A stretch of DNA of 64,000 nucleotides from Mustelus asterias (Eukaryota). This document shows, piece after piece, positions 28,301 through 40,300 of the stretch (positions within the stretch are counted from its first letter, which is position 1; each line of letters opens with the position of its first letter). Below the pieces are notes generated by a model. The model ran no database searches. It saw nothing but the letters and a program-made list of their open reading frames with translations, and had not been told where the DNA came from. The translations under genes were made by a program, and so were the position numbers. The stretch lies in contig NC_135807.1 in NCBI RefSeq assembly GCF_964213995.1, positions 103,478,001 through 103,542,000 of the forward strand, given 5' to 3'.

Positions 28301-31300
28301 CACATTATATATTGAAGACAAATGGGTAAATTACATTCACTGAGTATACCAAAGATATTTGCAATGAAGCAGTTTGTCTTTTGCTAAAATTCTTTACGCA
28401 GTATATCATGCTCCAACACACTGAATGGTAGACAGGGACATTATGTTCACTAACCAATCAACAAATAACACCCCATGCAGCCACTGCTCAATATGACCTC
28501 CTACCCCAATTTTTTTGTCTTTCCAGTTGACAGTTTCCTGCAGATCAAACACATCCCTGGTGAGAGTGTCCACCCTCTGCTGCAGACACTTGTTCTCCTA
28601 CAGAAAAAGCCACAGGCGAGGAAGCGAAGTTCAGCATTGGTTGGAGCATAAAACAGATTAGGTAGTTAAGAGAAAAAAGTTTTTAAAGGTGTTGAACAAA
28701 ATGAACACACCAGGCCACAATAGTGTATAATTACAAAATAGAGAACTGCAGAAAGATAAATAATGCACATTTTAAAAAGAATTGCAGATTCTGTTAGATG
28801 TCAGTTGGCTTACATTGTACTATATAAAGTTTTCCTCATTTACATAGCCAGGATGTGTTAATGAAGAAGGCAGCTTGTAACATTGCCCAAGCATTTGCAG
28901 TCATTTCCTAAGGATACAAAGACGACACAAAGATAAGTGGAAAAGTGAATCGTGTGGAGGGCGTAGAAGGTCTGCAGAGAGATTTGGACAGGCTGAGTGA
29001 GTAGGCGAGGATCTGGCAGATGGAGTATAACGTTGACAAATGCGAGGTTATTCACTTTGGAGGAAATAATAGCAAATTGGATTATTATCTAAATGGAAAA
29101 AAATTACAACATGCTACTGTGCAAAGGGACCTGGGGGTCCTTGTGCATGAGACGCAAAAGCCCAGTCTGCAGGTGCAACAGGTGATTAAGAAGGCAAATG
29201 GGATGTTGGCCTATATCGCAAGGGGGATAGAATATAAAAGCAGAGATGTCTTGTTGCATCTGTACAGGGCATTGGTGAGGCCGCAGCTGGAATACTGTGT
29301 GCCGTATTGGTCCCCTTATTTGCGGAAGGATATATTGGCATTGGAGGGAGTGCAGAGAAGGTTCACCAGGTTGATACCAGAGATGAGGGGTGTTGGTTAT
29401 GAGGAGAGACTGAGCAGATTGGGTTTGTACTCGTTGGAATTTAGAAGGCTGAGGGGGTATCTTATAGAGACCTATAAGATTATAGGTGGATAGGGTAGAG
29501 GTGGAGAGATTCTTTCCACTTTGTAAGGAAACTAGAACTAGAGGGCACAGCCTCAAAATAAAGGGGGGTCAGTTTAGGACAGAGTTGAGGAGGAACTTCT
29601 TCTCTCAGAGGGTGGTGAATCTCTGGAATTCTCTGCCCACTGAAGTGGTGGAGGCTACCTCGTTGAATATGTTTAAATCACGGATAGATGGATTCCTGAT
29701 CAGTAAGGGAATTAGGGGTTATAGGGATCAGGCGGGTAAGTGGAACTGATCCACTTCAGATCAGCCATGATCTTATTGAATGGCGGGGCAGGCTCGAGGG
29801 GCTAGATGGCCTACTCCTGCTCCTATTTCTTATGTTCTTATGTTTTTATGATACAAATCAGCAGGTTGCTGAAACAGGATGCAAGTATAGATTATAGACA
29901 TAAATGATGCACAAGTGACTTGCAGCAGCCACTTTTAAACCTATTGAAAATGCAGCTAATTCGGTGCAATAATCTGATAATACATAAACACAAAACTTAC
30001 CCAATTTTTCTTAACTATTAGTCAGTTTCGTTTATTTATTAGTGTCACAAGTAGGCTTTCACTGCAATGAAGTTACTGTGAAAATCCCCTAGTTGCAACA
30101 CTCCAGCACCTGTTTGGGTACACATAGGGAGAATTTAACATGGTCAATTCATCTAACCAGTACGTCTTTTGGACTGTGGGAGGAAACTGGAGCACCCGAA
30201 GGAAACCCACACAGATACAGGAAGAACATGCAGACTCCGCACAGTCACCAAACTGGGAATCAAACCCGGGTCTCTGGCGCTGTGAGACAGCAGTGCTAAC
30301 CATTGTGCCACTGAGAGAATAGCTGCAGCAGATTCTTCATGTCCTGAGAAGATTTATAAACAAACTTTCAGGTGTGCCTGAATGACATTTTTATTTTTCT
30401 CAATTGTTAAAGGTGACAGCAGCTAAAGTACTAAAAGAAAAATTCAGACCATTCTACAATTAGGGATTACTATAATTGTGTATATATTTATTGTTGAACA
30501 CAAAATAAATATGCTGAAATCCATTTATTTGTTTCTGTTCATATGAAAAACCCAGTTCATTTGTTGACATTATGTAGTGAACATACTATTGAGATCTTAT
30601 CATCCATATTAATCCAATTTTTTACTAAACTATTGCAAAACTATTTGATCATAAAATACTTGATCATATGATGATAAAACTCCAAAGATATAGGTTGAAA
30701 TCTTAGTTTCTGAAATACATAGCACCCCAAAATATTCAACTCATTGGTTACATAGATTCAAAACTAAGAAATTCTCAAGGCAGTTACCAATGAATTTTTA
30801 GCAGCAATCTCCAAATTGACAATAACAAGACAAGAACCTTTGATATGAACACAGGCCTTCTTCACCCTCCACCTACCTCTATTAGTTTGTCTCTTTGCAG
30901 AATACCCTCTTTTAGTTCTTCTACTTTATGTTGTGACACACTACACATATGTTTTTGACGTTCCAGTTCCTGAAAAATACCAAATAGTAATTTTTTCAAA
31001 ACTAACTTACAATTTGTTACAGCAGTTGATCCATGATTTCTTTGAAGGCACCATCACATTTTTTTCTGATATATCACTGATTAGATCATGGTATAACAAG
31101 TAGCACTGTGGGCTCGTCTGCTATTCTTTCAACTCTGGGACTTGATTTAAAGATGTGGAGATGCCGGCGTTGGACTGGGGTAAACACAGTAAGAGTTTTA
31201 ACAACACCAGGTTAATGGCATTTGCTACCAAATAAACCTGTTGGGCTTTAACCTGGTGTTGTTAAAACTCTTATTGATTTAAATGCAGCACGTGCACATA

Positions 31301-34300
31301 CACAAACTCACCTCTTATGACTGACTGGGATTGGCAGTCCTGATTAAATAACACAATTTTGTTGCATTCTTTATCAGCCAACTTTCTTCCTGTACTAAAC
31401 ATGATACTTTTCTTCTGTCTAAGCACAGTGTTGCATCTGGATCCAATCCAGATTTCATCCAACATACACACCGGCTCGAATGCATCAGTGAATGCTGGGT
31501 GATAGTTAATCTGGCGAGGCCGACTGCATGCAGCATCCCCATCACCAACTGGCTGATCTCAACCAACTCAACACTAGAAATCAAATCTTGATTCTCACTA
31601 ATTTGTGTAGTTGGTTGAGAGGCCATATAGTCATGTTCCAATTTCTCATGTTCTTGCATATGGCTCAGCCGAGCTCTCCTCAAGCAGATTCCCTTACCAT
31701 TTTACGAGCATTTGTGCCAAGTGAGGAATGACGAGAATGGGAATGAAATTCATTCACCATTAAAGAAATAAATGCATTGGAAGCAGTTTAGAGGGGGTTC
31801 ACCCAACAACTATTTTGGATGGGGGCGTTATCGTACAAGGAAAGATTGGACAGGCTGAGCCTGTATCTACTGTAGTTTAGAAGAATGAGGGGTGACCTGG
31901 ATAAGGTGGATGCTGAAAGGATGTTTGCCTTTGTGGGAGAGATTAGAGTTATGGATCTCCCACTTACAATGGAAATTAGTTTTTTCTTCAAGGCTCAAGT
32001 GGCTTTGGAACTCTTTTCCCCAGAAAGTGAATATTTTTGAAAGCAGATATAGATAGGTTCTGGATGAACAGGGGAGTCATAGGATATTGGAGAAAGGCAG
32101 GAATATGGAGTTGAGGCCACAATCAGAGCAGCCATGATCTTATTTAATGGCAGAGCAGGCTTGAAAGGCCGATAGCCTTCTCCTGCTCCTAAGTCAAATG
32201 TTCATGTGTCAATGGCAGCATGACACACTCCTTCCTACATTAAACATGACTGATGGTTTGGCCAGAAAATATTCCCTATTATAAGAAACTGGTTGTTAAA
32301 GTTGAACCATGTAGAATTGAAGGCAGATTATTGACCTAGTTAGGAAAGAGGTTGAACGGCAGAGAAGCATAGAGAATATGGCAAGTACTCTAAATGCAGC
32401 ATGTGACCTGTGATGCCCCACAAGTGCCTCAAATAGTCACCATATTTATTAACTACTGTTTGTCTGTTTTTCGGCTTCCAGTGGGCACAGAATTTTCCAT
32501 GGCATTAACTAAAGAAGTGTCAGTATCATAAATAGATCAAATGGTCATTGCGTATGCTGCTCATAGGACCATGGTGTGCAGAAAATGAGTGCTGTATTCA
32601 CTAACATACTGATGCAGACTGAACGTTAGAAGTCAATAATTGTTTGGAAACTCTTTGAAACATACTGAAAGGTGGGATGAGGTACGAAAAAACATCCATT
32701 TTTATTCTTTCCTCATTCTGAATTAGATAAACAAAGTATTTCAATTTCATCATCATGGACATTCCAAATTTAAATCAACTCTGTTCCTCAGGTAGCACCC
32801 TTTAGCCAGATTTAATGCTTAGTAAGTTTGTTTCCACTTGAGTTTAAATATGGTAGTGGCCATCTTATACATGGAATATCTTTGGGGTAATATCAGAGAT
32901 TGAATATTTGACAAAGTATATTGTCAAAAATAGTTTTAAAACTGTCAGAATTAATTTTATATACAATCAATCCGTTACACATCTACCTGAATGAAGGCAA
33001 TTGCAGCTCTTACTGCAACAAAAGTCAAGTTGTTTCAATTTAAAAACAAATCTACAAAATTACAACTGTTACCCGAAAGGGACCTTTTGATCAACATATT
33101 AAGAAAACACATCTTAAGGGCAAAACAGTAACTCTCAGGCACTGCTGTGGTTGCTCATAAGTGATTACCTTTGATTTTTCCTCATTCTCTCTGTATAGCT
33201 CAGCCATCTGCTCCTCCATTTCTTCAATGACATCTTTTAGTGTATCCACTTGGTAGATGAGGTTAGATTTTTCATTGTCTAGTTGTGCATTGGAGACCAT
33301 TGCTTTTTTATATTTTTCTTCTACTTCTGATAATGAATCCTGCAATTTGAAAACAACTGATATTCTGGTGACAGAATCAATGATGTTGAAAACAAAATAT
33401 AATTATAAGAATATGCATGCAGCAATGTATTAGAAACCTGATGTGATAGTAACATGGAGGATGAGAGGAAAGTCAACATGATTGTAGGTCGCCAATTTAT
33501 AATATATTTATCATTGCAATAAACAAATGTCATTTAATCTCCACAGTTGTTCACTCGTAAATGTAAGAGGAACTAGACGGGAAAGTTTGTACTAAAAGCA
33601 AATTTCTGTTTTGTATTAAAAGCATTTAAGGATAAGACAAGGCAAAGAAACAGCTGACAACTCATGCAAAAATTTTACCAAGTGCATCCCAAAGTCTAGG
33701 AGTCAGGTTATCTGAATCTCCTGCAGGTTTTGGTTACAGAACACAGGAAAAAGCTTGCCGAAAACAAGGCATGATTTGGGCTCATGGAAAACCTTCCAAT
33801 TAAACTTTAGAAATTAGATCAGAGTTTTGGATTGGTTTTTAACAATACTGGTTGCCACCCATGAATATTAAAACCATCCATCTATGAATACAATTCATAT
33901 GGATTTCACAGAACCAAATGTTAAAGGGATGTTAAGCTTTCAAATTACTGCATTTTCCTAGATTTTCAGTAAACGATCTGTGAAAGTTAAGCAAAAGTGA
34001 ATCAATGCTCAATTTTAGAAAAAAGAAAGAAGTCTCTAACATTTAGATGAACTCCTGATGAGTATGTTGCACATAAATGCCTTCCTGTTTGGAGAAACAA
34101 GTCAACATTTAGCTCCATAAAAATTAGATGTTGAAAGCAAGCCTAACCAGCTAAATGAAACAACTCTTTCCTTCCTGGTAGAGATTACATTTTAGAAGTT
34201 TCTTGGCTGTTTTGTTCAGCTTTTGATTTCTTCACCTGCATGTTGTAGGTGAGCCTTAGATTTCCCACACGAGAGATTATTGTGAGTTGCCCAAATTCAT

Positions 34301-37300
34301 AGCCTTTCCAAGTGCAGTACAGAATTTCCTTCTGTTCTAGCAGTGACAAATAAAGGCAGGCAGAAAGCAAAGTCCGGGTTTGAAAAATCAAGTAACAAGA
34401 TTATTAATAATGATAGCTTTGGCTATTCTGATGAGCAACCTTAATACCAGAAACCTTAACTTAAATATAGGCAGGCAAAGGAAATGTGAGGCTTTGTTAC
34501 AAAAAACTATTACTAGTACTCTTGCCATGCAGAAGCACAAACTATACTTAGATTATGTTTACAGCACAATTACACAAATAAAGAGCAATTATGTCAAAGA
34601 TTGTTAAAATGAATATAGTCCCTTACATTTCCATGATGAAAAGCAATGCATTTTTACAGGTACTGGATATGAAATTCTTCCAAATTTAAAGAGTAGGAAG
34701 CTTATTTGCCTATTTGGAAACAATGAAGCGTCATCTTAACTGTCCCTTTGCAAATATCCACAGGCTCCACTCTTCCAGCTTTGAAACTAAAATAAATTCT
34801 TTTAGTTTATCCCTTGGTTAGTTATTCCCTAAATTTGACCACTTCTGAGATTTTAGTATTTCCTGATTAAAATCCTTCTTTTTCCAATTATTTTACCGAA
34901 ATAATTATGGGAGCTGTAAAAGCATCTTCTGGCTTTCCAGAAATGTGTACTCTCTCCTTGCAAACAAGTACCAGAGCAATACTTTGGGCCTTTAGAAAAA
35001 ACAAAGAACAAAGAACAAAGAACAGTACAGCACAGGAAACAGGCCCTTCGGCCCTCCAAGCCTGTGCTGCTCATTGGTCCAACTAGACCAATCGTTTGTA
35101 CCCCTCCATTCCCGGGCTGCTCATGTGACTATCCAGGTAAGTCTTAAACGATGTCAGCGTGTCTGCCTCCACCACCCCACTTGGCAGCGCATTCCAGGCC
35201 CCCACCACCCTCTGTGTAAAAAACATCCCTCTAATATCTGAGTTATACTTCGCCCCTCTCATCTTGAGCCCGTGACCCCTCGTGATCGTCACTCCTGATC
35301 TGGGAAAAAGCTTCCCACCGTTCACCCTATCTATCCCCTTCATAATCTTGTACACCTCTATTAGATCTCCCCTCATTCTCCGTCTTTCCAGGGAGAACAA
35401 CCCCAGTTTACCCAATCTCTCCTCATAGCTAAGACCCTCCATACCAGGCAACATCCTGGTAAACCTTCTCTGCACTCTCTCTAACGCCTCCACGTCCTTC
35501 TGGTAGTGTGGCGACCAGAACTGGACGCAGTACTCCAAATGTGGCCTAACCAGCGTTCTATACAGCTGCATCATCAGACTCCAGCTTTTATACTCTATAC
35601 CCCGTCCTATAAAGGCAAGCATACCATATGCCTTCTTCACCACCTTCTCCACCTGTGTTGCCACCTTCAAGGATTTGTGGACTTGCACACCTAGGTCCCT
35701 CTGTGTTTCTATACTCTTGATGGCTCTGCCATTTATTGTATAACTCCTCCCTACATTATTTCTTCCAAAATGCATCACTTCGCATTTATCTGGATTAAAT
35801 TCCATCTGCCACCTCTCCGCCCAATTTTCCAGCCTATCTATACCCTGCTGTATTGCCCGACAATGCTCATTGCTATCCGCAAGTCCAGCCATCTTCGTGT
35901 CATCCGCAAACTTGCTGATAACACCAGTTATACCTTCTTCCAAACCTATCTTTGCACTTAATGGAATGCATAAAAAATTATTTATGAAGGTAGGCATTTG
36001 AAAAAACTATGCAAAATCATTTTAGACTCAGACTGTCACTGAAATTTTGACTTTACCTATCCCACATGTACAAAGTTTCACCTATTTCTGACAGTTTCTA
36101 ATCAAATTCTCGAATGTTTCCAAGACTGAAAATGCAGAGCTTTCCCATTGCTGGTTCTATACTCACATTCCAAACAAACAGTAAATTATATAAAATGCAA
36201 CCTACTGTCACTCCAGCCAAATCAGGTAATCACTCAGGATTAAATAAGTGGAATTGTCTTTCACCTTTGTGGACCACAATTATTTTGCTCAAATGCTGTT
36301 CTGTGGCTAGTTGCTTTGAGACAAAGAAGTTATGATTTATCAAACACCACACAGAATGTTGCTGTAAGGGTTACATTCAGATAACAGCACATGCTACAAT
36401 AAGAATCCAAAATATCTATCAATGAGCGAAAACAAAAGTTAGTCAAATACTACAAAGGGCTCTGCTCTAATATGTTAAAGGAGTGCAGCTTAAATTCCCA
36501 GTGTGACAGGAAATAGATAAAACATGCTGGGGGACATGGCCCTGATACCTTAAGTTCTTTTAATCCCTGCATGTATCTCCCCTCTACATCTTGTATCTGG
36601 TCCTTAAGCTCATAGATATCCTGTTGGACACATGGAATGAACCATTGGATAAATGGGAGGGGGAAGGGAACAAAAAAACATCAAACTGAAATAATTTTAT
36701 ATTTTTGGTGCACACAATGCTATAAGAATTTGGTCAACAGATAGAAACGTTACAATTTACAACACTTCACCAGCTTTATGCCACAGTTTAATAAACCTTA
36801 CCCGCAATTCGCTGAGTGAAACATCTGGATCCAGTATGCTACTTGTATCCCCGCTCCCACGTCGAGATGATGATCCCCCAAGTGAGGCCAGTGTTGCTGC
36901 TGACAACCCTGCAACTGCATTTCGAGAAGCAGGCTGCTAGGTGAAAGAAAGAGACAGACTAGTAATTGTCATGGAAACAAAGAAGAGTGAATTTCAGGAT
37001 ACACAACTTCTGCTCTGACTGTATGATAACTGGTAAAGCAGAATAAGTGTTAAATATTCTAAATTTGGGAGCATAATTTGGTACATGCTTCAGGAAAAGT
37101 AAGTTAAAAATTGTTTGTTTTTAGGCAAGTTGTTCATTCTTAGTTGAAAGTGGTATGATTTTGAAAATTGTAACTGGAACTACTTTCTCATGACCTCAGA
37201 TATCATTCACCACCTGAAAATATCCTTTCAATGATCTGCTGTATATTGGTCATACTTTACGATGTGGATATTGTAAAATTGAAAATTGTAAATGGAACTA

Positions 37301-40300
37301 CTTTCTCATGACCTCAGATATCATTCACCACCTGAAAATATCCTTTCAATGATCTGCTGTATATTGGTCATACTTTACGATGTGGATATTGTAAAATTGA
37401 AAATTGTAAATGGAACTACTTTCTCATGACCTCAGATATCATTCACCACCTGAAAATATCCTTTCAATGATCTGCTGTATATTGGTCATACTTTACGATG
37501 TGGATACTATGTGATGCACGATTAATTTACTCGGGAGGCTAGGACGTACCCGGGAATAAAGGCTTTTATTCACAACAAGAATAGAGCATACTGCTTAACA
37601 ATACTATCCCAGACTGAGGGCTACTAGGAAGTAGCAGTGACCTTTATACTCCTGTAAGAAGGCGGAGCCAAACGGAGTGTACCACAGAACAATGCTAACA
37701 GGTGGAACACCCCAACAGTAACAAGAGTAACATATGTACAAGTACCCATAGTGGTAACCATCTATGGTTCACCACACTATGGTTTTGGGCAAACTGGTTT
37801 ATTGCAATCTAAGATTAGGTGAATGATTATAATGCTAGATAGTGGTTAGCACTGCTGCCTCTCAGTACCAGGGACCCGGGTTCGATTCCAGACACTTAAC
37901 AGTGTCTGTGTGGAATTTGCATGTTCCCCACATGTCTGCTTGGGTGCTCCGGCTTCCTCGCACAGTCCAAAGATGTGTAAATTAGGTAGATTAGCCATGG
38001 TAAATGTGCGGGATTACGGGAGGGGGCCGTCTGGGTAAGATGCTTTTTCGGAGAAGCGGTGCAGACTCAATGGGTCGGATGGCCTCCTTCTGCAATGTTG
38101 GGCTTCTGTGGTTCTATAAACAGTGGATACTTACGAATCCACGTTATCATAGGAGTCACTCTCTCCATACACAACTCCCCACCCATCACAAACCGGGTGG
38201 ATGGTGGAGTGTGAGGTCATGCTCGTGGAAGAGTCAAAAGCTCCCCCCACCCCTCCCTGGCAATATCATCATCCATTAATGATTTCTGGCTATGGTCAGA
38301 TAATATCAGTTATGGTTCAGGAAGCAGCACTAACACACCTCTGAATCAGAGAACAAGCCACACTCCAGACACTGCAGCAAATAATCCAGGTTGACATTTC
38401 ATTGCAGTACCGAAGCAGTGTTGCCCTGCTGGAGGTGCTATCTTTCTAAACGAAAGCCCTCTTAGAAGGACACCAAAGATTCTATGGCACGATTGCAAAA
38501 AAAGAGCAATAGATTTCTCCCGATTCCATTTCTAATATTTATTACTTAGCAAACATTAGGAAATCAAATTGTATTGTTGCTGATCATGGGACCTTGCTGT
38601 GTGCAATCTGGCAATATTTCTTGCACGATAACAGGTCAAAACTACTTCACTGAGTATAAAGCACGTTGGGATGTCTTGAGGTCAAGAAAAATGCTATATG
38701 ACGCAAGTCTATTTGGCTTTCTTTTGAACAAAAGGTTAGGACCAATAACCCAGAGAATAAGAACATGAATATTTCAAATTCAGATTAAAATTTTGGAAAT
38801 AAAAAGCTAGTATGAAGAGAATTACCCATTATTGGACTGAATGTTGCAAAACTCCATGTTGCCCAATAATAATTGCAATAATAATGGGTGGCACGGTGGC
38901 ACAGTGGTTAGCATTGCTGCCTCAGTGCCAGGGACTTGGGTTCAATTCCAACCTCAGGTCACTGTGTGGAGTTTGCTCATTCTCCCCTTGTCTGCATGGG
39001 CTTCATGCGGGTGCTCCAGTTTCCTCCCGCAGTCCAAAGATGTGCAAGTTAGGTTGATTGACTGTGCTAAATTGACCCTAGTATCAGGGATTAGCAGTGT
39101 AATTGAGTGTGACTGGAATAGGGCCTGGATGGGATTGTGGTTGGTACAGACTTGATGGGCCAAATGGCCTCCTTCTGTACTGTAGGGATTCTATGAATGT
39201 CTTTTAGGGAAGGAAACCTGCTATCCAGTCAATATGCAACTCCGACCCCACAACAGCGATTAATTCTTAACTCAATTCCTCTCTGAAGAGATCCAACAAG
39301 CTACTCAGCAGTATCAAACAGTTAAGCATAGGCACTAAACACCAGCCTTGCAGAAGATTAGTTTTAAAAACAAAGAACAAAATGGTCCTCATGGACTGGT
39401 CTATTTTCAGTGGCGGCTTTTCCTTCTACTAAATTAGATAAATACCATGAGTCGGGAGTCCTACTGTTTCCTGCCCTTTGAAAATGTTTCTATTTGATTG
39501 CGGGAAGCAACATTTGAAGTACACGAAGAATGCTTTGTACAAAAGGCTTCTTCAACAGAGTTGTAACTTTATCTATAGTCATTAAGCTAAAATGTGCAAG
39601 GTGATTCAGAAAGCCAAATAGCTAATTCTTTGTACAAACCAGCATGAAATTAAACGTTAATGATGTGAAATAAAGATTGAGACTTTTTCCAAAAAACCTG
39701 AAAATCGCACTGGAATTAAGAATCATGCAAAAACAACATGAATTAGAAATTATACATATCTTCACTAAAAATATTATCCACCCACCAACATTGCAAGTGT
39801 ACCACCACTTTCCCTGGTCATGTTTTGTTGCAAACTTGTACAAAGTTTATTTCTCATCAATTAGACTCAAATTAATGCATCCTTAGTTAATGTTTACTGG
39901 AACATTACCCCACACTGGATCATCTGGACACATTGGCATGCAATTAGAATGATGTATTTCACAATGGTATATAAGCGACCTGTACCGAGCAACCTGCACA
40001 TTGCTCATCCCTTCGAGGAAACAGGCCTTGGACAGAAGAAGGGATTTTTGAAATAATAATGGCCACAGCTGGCACACTCAGTCAGGGAAGGCATTTGCAG
40101 CCTTCAGATTTGGAAAGGAATTATAGTGGTATCCAAAGGTATGGTGTGGGGGAAGGGGTGAAGGGATTTATGTTTAACTGCCTAAGTGACCAAGATGAAG
40201 AAGGGTGAGATCCATACAGCACATAGGTACGTCAACTTCAAAATGTTCAGGTGCTACCAAACTGATATGCACCACAAACACAATGGGATCAAGGAATACA

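Noticed and set aside
37161-37506. Repeat array as a possible CRISPR
   Set aside because: Units are contiguous identical 118-mers with no unique spacers, the context is eukaryotic, and there are no cas genes.
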